A DNA stretch of 64,000 nt, taken from the NCBI GenBank assembly GCA_002269645.1, contig NIVC01002511.1:62001-126000 (forward strand). Reading direction: 5' to 3'. Under the pieces are notes generated by a model that was not told the origin of the DNA, did not search any database, and worked only from the letters and a program-made list of their open reading frames with translations. The translations under genes were made by a program, and so were the position numbers. This DNA comes from Macrostomum lignano (Eukaryota). This document shows positions 15,001 to 24,686 of this stretch, one piece after another; positions within the stretch are counted from its first letter, which is position 1, and each line of letters opens with the position of its first letter.

Positions 15001-18000
15001 ACGGTAGCGATAGTTCTTTGATGTTATAGAACGGTAGCGGTAGTCCTTTGATGTTATAGAACAGTAGCGGTAGTTCTTTGATGTTATAGAACGGTAGCGG
15101 TAGTCCTTTGATGTTATAGAACGGTCGCGGTAGTCCTTTGATGTTATAGAACGGTAGCGGTAGTCCTTTGATGTTATAGAACGGTAGCGATAGTTCTTTG
15201 ATGTTATAGAACGGTAGCGGTAGTCCTTTGATGTTATAGAACAGTAGCGGTAGTTCTTTGATGTTATAGAACGGTAGCGGTAGTCCTTTGATGTTATAGA
15301 ACGGTCGCGGTAGTCCTTTGATGTTATAGAACGGTAGCGGTAGTCCTTTGATGTTATAGAACGGTAGCGGTGGCCCTTTGATGTCATAGAACGGTAGCGG
15401 TGGCCCTTTGATGTTATAGAACGGTAGCGGTAGTCCTTTGATGTTATAGAACGGTAGCGGTAGTCCTTTGATGTTATAGAACGGTAGCGGTAGTCCTTTG
15501 ATGTTATAGAACGGTAGCGGTGGTCCTTTGATGTCATAGAACGGTAGCGGTAGTCCTTTGAGGCTATACATGTAGAACGGTAGCGGTAGTCCTTTGATGT
15601 TATAGAACGGTAGCGGTAGTCCTTTGATGTTATAGAACGGTAGCGGTGGTCCTTTGATGGTATAGAACGGTAGCCGTGGTCTTATCGAAGCTATAAATTC
15701 TTTTCACCTATCCAATAAATTAAAAACATGTCAGCAAAAGAGACCGTTGCGGTCGGTGGCTCAGATGGTCGCGTGCATTTCTTGCGGTTTCTACCCACCG
15801 AAGAGGACCCAACTGTACGGGCCTGGCAACCGGCTGGTCAGCTGCTGGCCACAAGGCACGGCGTTGATGCGCTCGATTTTGCCGAAGATTTTATCGACGA
15901 ATCGTTGATTGTTTGCGCAACGAATACGAGTGGAGAGAGGGCCATCTGTAAGTGCGCGGATCGATGCCTTTTGATACAGTCATCCAGCAGGTCTTAGAGT
16001 ACAGTAGCCCTCGTACAGTACTCGTAACATGCCGGTAGAGGGGGGAAGAAGGGGGGGAAGAAAAGCAGGCGACGATAGCGAGAAGCAACCACAGATACTA
16101 GAATAACTAGATGGGCCACTCAGCACATTTGCGTACAAGCTACTTTCAGTTCAGTAGTAAGTTAAACAGAAGCATTCTAATGTATTTTTAAAGCCAAGGC
16201 TCATTTAGTGGCTCTTAACCCCCCCCCCCAGCTTAAACCCTCCAACCGCGCCTTTCCACACTACGCCCCGCCCCGCCCCAATTTTTATTGCCTTTCTCGG
16301 AATTTCAGTCTAAAGCTGCCATGTACATTTCAGTGGACTGGCTAATGTACATTATTGCTGAACCAAATAGCAAGCTGTTTACCCCCGCAACCTTGCAAAC
16401 TTATCAAAGTCATTCAGTTGCCTTTTTATTAAATAGCTTATGTCTTCTTCTTTGCTACTGAACTGAAAGTAGAAAGCTGTTTTGCTAAGTATATGTGCCT
16501 GAGTGGCCCGTCTGGTTATTCTAGTATCTGTGGAAGCAACCAGCCAATCAGCGCGCAGTAATAAGCAAGTCAAAATGGGCAAAGGCGTATGACGCAACGT
16601 AGGATCTATGAGATTTTCTGATGGATTTGAGGGTTCTAGAAGGGCACCAAAACATCGGCGAAAAAAATGTCGGGAGAATCCCGGCGGGAAAAACGCGAAA
16701 TGGGTATGACTGCTCTCCTCCTCGCTTACTTCCTACTTAAGTTGTTCATGGCCAATATTTCATGGACTTTACAGGAATCAGACATGCTTGAAAATAATCT
16801 ATATCTAACAAACAATCTGTTTGCTGTTTCCAGGCGATGCGACAAACTTTTGTTTGCTTGAAGACGAGGAAAAGGTTCGGGATGTTCGCTGGAAGACGCA
16901 CAATTTCCTATTCGCATATTACAACGTTGGTGAGTTCAGTAAAAGCTTCGGTCACCAAAGGAGACAGCGTTGTATTTTTTAAGCAAAGAGAATTAAATTA
17001 CCTTTCAACAGGTGCTTGGAACTCCAAGTCTAGCCAAGAGTCCAGCATCACGTCTGTTGATGTCTGCATAGAAAGGGAACTGCTAGCGGTCGGGCTGAAC
17101 AATGGCCACATTCTGCTGTATAAGTACCCGTGCACCAAATCTGATGTAAGAAAGTTTTTTAGTGTGACTCAATTCAATTTAATATTGACTCGTGTCTCTC
17201 TTGTGGCCACATTGCCACATTGACAGTTTAGGGGTTGCAGGGTCTGTGAGAATTTCCCACAGGAGGTTTTACCCGCCGAGCCTTCCCCGCAGCGAGATTT
17301 TCTCATAGGGGTTTTCCAGTTTTCAAGTCAAACCCAGTCGTATGTAAATCGCTAGTCTAGTCTAGTTCTAATCTAGTCTAGTCTAGTTCTAATCTAGTCT
17401 AGTCTAGTTCTAATCTAGTCTAGTCTAGTTCTAATCTAGTCTAGTCTAGTTCTAATCTAGTCTAGTCTAGTTCTAATCTAGTCTAGTCTAGTTCTAATCT
17501 AGTCTAGTCTAGTTCTAATCTAGTCTAGTCTAGTTCTAATCTAGTCTAGTCTAGTTCTAATCTAGTCTAGTCTAGTTCTAATCTAGTCTAGTCTAGTTCT
17601 AATCTAGTCTAGTCTAGTTCTAATCTAGTCTAGTCTAGTTCTAATCTAGTCTAGTCTAGTTCTAATCTAGTCTAGTCTAGTTCTAATCTAGTCTAGTCTA
17701 GTTCTAATCTAGTCTAGTCTAGTTCTAATCTAGTCTAGTCTAGTTCTAATTGATTCTAGTGAAGTACTTAAGGGTTGTCTCGGGGTTTTCTCGAGGTGGC
17801 CTGGTAGGTCTTTGAATCCCACCGCTGCCACCAGTGAAGTACTTGTGCTTCTCCTGCTGTCTAGCACAGTGATTTGGGCTCTCCGTCTTCTCAACCGGAA
17901 GCCTTCTATGAGTAGCGTAGGTAGTGCTGCCACCAGTTCCTTCAGGTCTCAGCCTTCGGGGAGGTGAGCTTCCCGTCGGAACGAACGGAACAAGTCAACG

Positions 18001-19364
18001 AACTCAGCACAGCGTGCAGATTTGCAGATTAATGAACAAGGCGTCCTGGTCAGCAGATCCCGCCGGGTCAGCAGATCCCGCCGGGTCAGCAGATCCCGCC
18101 GGGTCAGCAGATCCCGCCGGGTCAGCAGATCCCGCCGGGTCAGCAGATCCCGCCGGGCTCAGGGGGTGGCTGAGAAGGCAGTTTTGGCCTCCCTTAGGCT
18201 TGGGTGTCTAAGTTTAGTCAGGCCAATTACAGATAGCTTAAATGGGCAACTGAACGAAGTCTGGAAATCTAGACTTACGAGTAAGAAGAACAACAAGAAG
18301 AAGAAAGAAGAAGCCAATACGAAGACCAAGAAGACAAAGACGACAAATCCTTGACTGAACCGAGGGTGAGGGGCACGTATTTATAGGCAGGGAATCCCCG
18401 CTGCGCCAGTGTGCGCCGGACCTCGTGACTCTGTTCTATTTTTAGAGCCGGCGTCACCCTCCGCCTTAGAGAAGGCAGGGTCTGCGGGTAAAGTGCACAG
18501 GGCCGCACGACTCAGTATCTATTTTTAGAAACATGAGTCACCTGTTACCTTAGAGAAGGCAAGGGCCCCGAAGCACGTGATTCCTCCCGTAAACATGGGC
18601 CAACGAGTGCAGTAAACATGTTTACTGCACTTTAGGACTTCTAGAAAACAAGACTTGTCAGGTGACTTGCTCACATGACAAGGGAAACAGGCCGCCAGCG
18701 GGACCTCAGGACAGGAACGAAACGCAGAGCAGGCCACAGCAGAGAAGCTCGTGGCTGCAAGCAAGAGCGCAGAGAACAGGGGGGCCCCAGAGAACAGGCA
18801 GCAAAAGGGGAGGCTGCCCAGCGGCAGACAGCAACCCAGGGCGAGGGCGAGGGCGAAAGAAGCTGCTGACAATAGTGCGAGGCCTAACACCAAACTAGCG
18901 GATCACTACACTAGTCTAGTTCTAATCTAGTCTAGTCAAGTTCTAATCTAGTCTAATCTAGTACAGTCTAGTCTAGTTCTACTCTATAGTCTAATCTTTT
19001 CTAGTATAGTCTAAAAACTAGATTTGACCTGAAAATTCGACTGGAAACCCCTGCGGGAAAGCCTCGCTGCGGGAAAACTTCCTGTGGCAAATTCCTGTAC
19101 TCCCTGAACACTTTGTTTTGGGTCTCTGCTTTTTCAACTAACTCCGTTTTATTGCGGAACTTATTGCGAAATTCCAATGTGAATTTTCTAACATTTTCAA
19201 CTGAAAATTCATTCATAAGCTGCTCCAAAATCCTCAATCAGGCATACTGCCACACCTTTGTCGGGCCAACAAAAATCACGGCGCTAAAATTCACATCCGA
19301 CGGCCGACATCTCATCAGCATTGGCGGCCGAGACGCCTGCGTTATGCAGTGGCGCCTCACTTAA
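3031..19364 (+). CDS. EF-hand-region + echinoderm microtubule-associated protein-like (EML/EMAP; HELP motif + WD40 TAPE domain), ~1237 aa, 16 exons
   Basis: Hand-spliced exons: 3031-3382, 3807-4345, 5076-5173, 5255-5405, 6660-6767, 8048-8255, 9403-9811, 10969-11118, 11347-11524, 12569-12940, 13483-13902, 14057-14219, 15735-15947, 16834-16929, 17012-17145, 19242-19364. All introns are GT-AG with matching phases, total 3714 nt. EML motifs: [98 protein letters not shown]-hand-like loops: [37 protein letters not shown]. The start codon and the exon 1/2 junction are the least certain parts. Confidence 0.85.
3426..3781. repeat. 12-bp minisatellite (ACTAATGCTGAC)n filling intron 1
   Basis: Directly visible tandem array; source of the LTLMLTL and SVSISV ORFs. 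Confidence 0.95.
4360..5010. repeat. G-rich 12-bp minisatellite (GGGGAGAGGGGT)n
   Basis: Tandem array in intron 2. Confidence 0.95.
5500..6125. repeat. purine-rich (GA/GGGGAGAG) low-complexity array
   Basis: Intron 4; gives rise to Leu/Ser/Pro-rich spurious ORFs. Confidence 0.9.
6298..6565. repeat. 45-bp tandem repeat, ~6 copies
   Basis: Unit GGAAACTCGCCAATGGATTCTTATAAAATTTAGGCTAAATTTCTA. Confidence 0.95.
6942..7660 (+). repeat. 28-bp minisatellite (CTGGGCCAGCCTCCCAGATCCTCAGTTG)n
   Basis: Tandem array; the same family occurs at ~20410, ~39290 and ~43400. Confidence 0.95.
8430..8900. repeat. ~39-bp C/A-rich minisatellite
   Basis: Unit approximately GCGCCCACCACCCCACAACACTCTCAACCCTACT. Confidence 0.9.
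9840..10870. repeat. degenerate (GGGATCT/GGGATTT)n repeat interrupted by a mariner remnant
   Basis: Arrays at ~9840-10140 and ~10722-10870; a related array lies at ~42985-43085. Confidence 0.8.
10271..10718 (+). mobile_element. Tc1/mariner transposase remnant (3' part, frameshifted)
   Basis: [10 protein letters not shown] (HDNARPH-like, ~10354), then in another frame [33 protein letters not shown] (mariner YSPDL motif). The putative right end ...TTCCACCTGTAG is followed by TA. Confidence 0.8.
11660..11990. repeat. 22-bp minisatellite (ACTGGAATCTCCGCCCCCTTCA)n
   Basis: Tandem array in an EML intron. Confidence 0.9.
12985..13445. repeat. C-rich compound minisatellite (CAATCCGACACCCCTTCC...)
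   Basis: Tandem higher-order array in an EML intron. Confidence 0.9.
14355..15680. repeat. 30-bp minisatellite (TAGAACGGTAGCGGTAGTCCTTTGATGTTA)n, >40 copies
   Basis: Head-to-tail array without spacers; source of the [13 protein letters not shown]. Confidence 0.97.
17355..17750. repeat. 21-bp CTAG-rich satellite (CTAGTCTAGTCTAGTTCTAAT)n; resumes at 18911-19020
   Basis: Homogeneous tandem array interrupted by an insertion. Confidence 0.95.
17760..18910 (-). mobile_element. probable solo LTR (1151 bp)
   Basis: Ends TGAAGT...ACTACA (TG..CA, 5/6 inverted match), flanked on both sides by CTAG (17756-17759 and 18911-18914). TATAAATA on the - strand at ~18378-18385, an internal 18-bp x5 repeat, and no credible ORF. 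Confidence 0.65.
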
Positions 19365-20409
19365 AAACCGTCGATTTCAAAACCCTTGCAATAATTGGAC
19401 GCTTAATCAACAATTGACCGAAGTTTCTAATCACTCCAAACATTTGATACTATCTTCTACTTATAGTAGCTGCATTTGCGTGTGATATTATATTATATAA
19501 ACTTTATATCTATAATTCTGTTTTTCCTCGAAAGCTCTATTTAGTGACGGATGGCGCTTATTCGGTTAAATTTTTAAACAAATAAATGTGTTTAAAATTC
19601 CATTCGAGCTGCAGTGATCTAAGACATAATGCGTAGAAATTTACACTTACTTACCTCATCAGGCATCACCCTATAAATCAGATTCACGATAAATTGGTAT
19701 AAGAGCAGTCAATGCTCAGAGCTGTTCTCTTCTGTGATTTCAGATTTTTTTAAGGAAGAGTGTCTCAAGTGACAGCTAATCCATTCAAGGTTGAATGGTC
19801 TCTGTCATTGTTGTCAATATGCTTGATTGAGTAGTGCTTCAGCACACGATGCCAGAAGATAATATAATATGCCTCGTAACTTCAAGATGACTGACTACAG
19901 TTTATGCTTGAGCAATGAGTCGCTAAACATTTGGCAAATGATGCGAAACTGCCGTGTCAGGTCCCCCAGTTTTAGGATAAATACTTCGCACCTTCCGCAT
20001 CATAGAGAGCTCTCTCTGAGGAACCAGCATTTTGACACCTTTCAATGCGCGTTGAGTGCATTGTACTCATGACAGGCTGCGGTGACTGGGTATATTCTAA
20101 AAAAACATACTTCCACATTGTATAGGAGAGTTCAATCAGATCCCCGGTGGGTAACTATAGGGCCAAATTGGCGCTGCCATTGCGGCGGTGACATGTGACA
20201 CGGGGAAGTTGGTGACGGTTAAGCCAAATTAGCTCAGTGGTTGGCTAGCAATCTTCCCTGGGTATCCCAGATCAATAGCCAGTATTGTCATTGACAGAAT
20301 GAAAATTTTCAAAGTTTAAATACTTGAAGTTGCTCGGAAGTTTCATCAGACCTATTTTGACGTCGGTGTCTGAAGCGATGCTTTATCTGCCTTAGAGCTG
20401 GATCAACAA

Positions 20410-20790
20410 CCCTCCCAGATCCTCAGTTGCTTAACCAGCCTCCCAAATCCTCAGTTTCTGAACTAGCCTTCTAGATATTCAGTTGCTGAACCAGCCTCCC
20501 AGATCCTCAGTTGCTTAACCAGCCTCCCAAATCCTCAGTTTCTGAACTAGCCTCCTAGATATACAGTTGCTAAACCAGCCTCCTAGATCTTCAGTTGCTG
20601 AACCAGCCTCCCAGATCCTCAGTCGCTGGGCCAGCCTCCCAGATCCTCAGTTGCTGAGCCACCACTCTCCCAGATCCTCAGTTGCTGAGCCACCACTCTC
20701 CCAGATCCTCAGTTGCTGGGCCAGCCTCCCAGATCCTCAGTTGCTGAGCCACCACTCTCTCAGATCCTCAGTTGCTGGGCCAGCCTCCCT
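20410..20790 (+). repeat. 28-bp CCAGCCTCCCAGATCCTCAGTTG minisatellite family, second array
   Basis: More degenerate copies of the 6942 unit. Confidence 0.9.
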
Positions 20791-21634
20791 GAGTCTAAAA
20801 ATTTCTTGTCACAATAGATAAACAGCTGACATAAGAAGGAACCAACAACAGGGTCGTGTAGGGCCTTTGCTTTGACACGAACTCGCAGAATGAAAGAGAC
20901 AGAACAAGAAACAAATCAATTATCTACTCGTCGAAATTAACAAAATCAACACTGTTTGTTTTTTGTTTTAAATCTCGAAAAAGCTTCAAAGTTCGTGCTT
21001 GATATTTTAAAATATTCTATCAATCAAGCAATTTCAAAAGCAGCCGAATCTTAACGCATGCTTGCTCCTCTCTGATTGCCAGATGGCTTTGATGGCAGTC
21101 GTCTGTTTATTTCATAGCGATTCTATTCATACATAAATAAACCAAATAGTTTTATAAATTTCCTGTCAAACCTCTTTAGGCAGTCCTGCATACTGGAAAG
21201 TGATTGCCTATAGGATATATGCATATCCGCCATCAAATCTGGACGTGTCTCAAACCATGAGAATCAGAAACTCTGTTTAATTAATTTAATTGAACAGAGG
21301 ACTAAACACTGTAAACCCTGTACGGGGCATAAGTGAGCGATTTTCGGAATTTAGACACTGACGGTCAGGGCTGTTTGCTCTGTAGGGTTCTGTGTGAAAA
21401 TTTTATAGTTTAATTTGGATCTCCATCTTCATCTTCAGTATTTATTACTTTGTAGTTTAAAAAATCATCAGGATGACACTACCATAGTACAATTGGATGT
21501 CTCAAGATGTAAAAATATGAAATTTCGAAACCGTAACAAGGATCAGGATGTCACCTTAAAGACGGAAATATCAGTAAAAATACGAGCGTACGAGTACATT
21601 TGAGTCAGCTTTGACGCCATAGTGTCAAATATAA

Positions 21635-22610
21635 ATGCGAGGATGTCAGAATGAATGCGAGGATGTCAGAATGAATGCGAGGATGTCAGAATGAATGCGA
21701 GGATGTCAGAATGAATGCGAAGATGTCAGAATGAATACGAGGATGTCAGAATGGATGTAAGGATGTCGGAACAAATTTGAGGATGGCAGAACGAATTTGA
21801 GGATGTAGGAACAAATTTGAGGATGGCAGAACGAATTTGAGGATGTCGGAACAAATTTGAGGATGGCAGAACGAATTTGAGGATGTCGGAACAAATTTGA
21901 GGATGGCAGAACGAATTTGAGGATGGCAGAACGAATTTGAGGATGGCAGAACGAATTTGAGGATGGCAGAACGAATTTGAGGATGGCAGAACGAATTTGA
22001 GGATGGCAGAACGAATTTGAGGATGTAGGAACGAATTTGAGGATGTCAGAACGAATTTGAGGATGTCAGAACGAATTTGAGAATGTCAGAACGAATTTGA
22101 GGATGTAGGAACGAATTTGAGGATGGCAGAACGAATTTGAGGATGTAGGAACAAATTTGAGGATGGCAGAACGAATTTGAGGATGTAGGAACGAATTTGA
22201 GGATGTCAGAACGAATTTGAGGATGTCAGAACGAATTTGAGGATGTCAGAACGAATTTGAGGATGTCAGAACGAATTTGAGGATGTCGGAACGAATTTGA
22301 GGATGGCAGAACGAATTTGAGGATGGCAGAACGAATTTGAGGATGGCAGAACGAATTTGAGGATGGCAGAACGAATTTGAGGATGGCAGAACGAATTTGA
22401 GGATGTCGGAACAAATTTGAGGATGGCAGAACGAATTTGAGGATGGCAGAACGAATTTGAGGATGGCAGAATGAATTTGAGGATGGCAGAACGAATTTGA
22501 GGATGGCAGAACGAATTTGAGGATGGCAGAACGAATTTGAGGATGGCAGAACGAATTTGAGGATGGCAGAACGAATTTGAGGATGGCAGAACAAATTTGA
22601 GGATAGCAGA
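21635..22610. repeat. 20-bp minisatellite (GAGGATGGCAGAACGAATTT)n
   Basis: About 48 tandem copies. Confidence 0.95.
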
Positions 22611-24059
22611 GTTACGCATCTTGTGAATCAGGCGGTTGACATATATTTTGGCTATAAAATAAATGCAGCAGTTATGAGAACGTCATAAAATTTTTGACAG
22701 CCACTTAACTCTGCCTCTGAGTCCATCGGTCCGCAGCGCACAATATAAATCACAGATGACGCATTCCATCCTAAGCCATTCAGTTTAATTATATGGCAAT
22801 ATTGGCATACACGGTTAAACACCTTTACCTGCCAACCTTTCAGCACTTCAAGGCTCATTCAAAATACCTTTGGTGGTGCAATTCATGTAGGTGAGAAGCA
22901 TTTTTTTATAAAAAAACACTTATGTGAGCAGCCCGCCAAGGATTTGGTGAGAGCCAGCTGTTCAATATTATTATTCAGCAATGAAGTGCCCCTGCATGGG
23001 GGAGTAACCGGACATAAATAACTGTTTTTCCTTCGGGTTAGCGCACTTTACCTTCAAAGGGGTTAACTTCTCTTACCTGATCTCATCTCTCCCACTCACA
23101 CCTTAACGCCTTGACTATAATGAAGGCAGAACAAATCAGGAAGTTATATGTGTGCGCTGTGCTGGTTTTTCTTCTTTTGGAAGAACCACACCTCTTCTCC
23201 CTCTTGTGAGGCATTTTTTACCCTTGGCCTCGGCTTTGCTCGGCTATTTCTGCAATGCGTCCCTTTCTAGCTGCATCTCCAGACTCAGCAACTTCATCAA
23301 TCATAACTTTAATGATTAGTTCAAGTCTTTCTTTGGGTTTAGCCAATTTATTTCAGTGAGTAATGTAGAAAAATATACAGCATGGATGTTAGGGTGCCAG
23401 GTCCAATTGGTGTAATTTTTAGCATGTAAAAATTGGCTCATTTTTAGTATATAGGATTATGAGTTAATACGATGGAGAAACTACCGAAAGAGATGAAGAT
23501 GAGAGGCTGGTAAGAAAACTAAGAATAGAAGTTGGAAGGAATATGAGGAAGAGAGGCTTAAGGAAGGTTGAAGAGGAGTGGTTTGTGAGAAGATGGAAAA
23601 GATAGGCTGGTGGGAAGATGGGAGAGAGGCTGAATGGATGATGGGGAAGAGAGGCTGAAGAGATGAGACCAGAGGGAAGATAGAAAAAGTGACTGGTGGA
23701 AATGAGGTGATTGTGAACTTTAAAACTTAAAAAAGTTTAGTTCTAGCAAACAGTTGATTAAATAATTCTTTTGTCATTCTGTAATTTAAAAAAGCAACAG
23801 TCACAAATAAAACCCAATTATAAGTAAAAAAGTCAAAAGTCAAAAAGCGACTTTCTTGAAGGCTTTTTAAAATAAGGTAGTTATAGATAGAGGCTATTAG
23901 TATGGGAACACACGTATTTACGAGCTAAATATTTTGTGTATTTTTAATCGGTAAATTTACATGTAGAACAAAATTTGCCTCAAATTGTCTAAACAAGCAG
24001 CTGGTTTGAGATCAGTTTAACCATTTAACCAGGTTTCAAACGCCTGTTCTGAGAATATA

Positions 24060-24530
24060 ACGCTGCACTTCCGGTTCCTAGCTACCTTCGGGTTTTCCCG
24101 GTTGCCAAAAACACTGCACTTCCGGTTTCTAACTATCTTAGGGTTTTTCCGGTTGCCAAAAACACTGCACTTCCGGTTTCTTATAATCTTAGGGTTTTTC
24201 CGGCTGCCAAAAACACTGCACTTCCGGTTTCTTATAATCTTAGGGTTTTTCCGATTGCCAAAAACACTGCACTTTCGGTTTCTAATAATCTTAGGGTTTT
24301 TCCGATTGCCAAAAACACTGCACTTCCGGTTTTTAATAATCTTAGGATTTTCCGATTGCCAAAAACACTGCACTTTCGGTTTCTAATAATCTTAGGGTTT
24401 TTCCGATTGCCAAAAACACTGCACTTCCGGTTTTTAATAATCTTAGGATTTTCCGGCTGCCAAAAACACTGCACTTCCGGTTTCTTATAATCTTAGGGTT
24501 TTTCCGGTTGCCAAAAACACTGCACTTGCG
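24060..24530. repeat. ~57-bp tandem repeat, ~8 copies
   Basis: Unit approximately GCCAAAAACACTGCACTTCCGGTTTCTTATAATCTTAGGGTTTTTCCGGTT. Confidence 0.9.
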
Positions 24531-24686
24531 TTTGTTCACCATACTAAATCAATAACTAGCTACATAATATGTAAATGTGCATATCTAGCTGGGAATCAGA
24601 CGCAAATATCTATTAAATTGAAGTCGTCAACAAGAAGCCATTGCGCAAAACAAAGTGAAACAGTGGTAGCATATGATGAGGCCTAT

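Noticed and set aside
14272-15571. 421-aa [13 protein letters not shown]; CRISPR-like 30-bp repeat
   Set aside because: Head-to-tail repeat with no unique spacers, inside a eukaryotic intron with no cas genes.
22650-23330. Possible decayed transposase/PHD-like coding remnant on the - strand (VCQYCH; EWLRMECV; KRRK)
   Set aside because: Multiple stops and frame changes; I cannot assign a family without a search.
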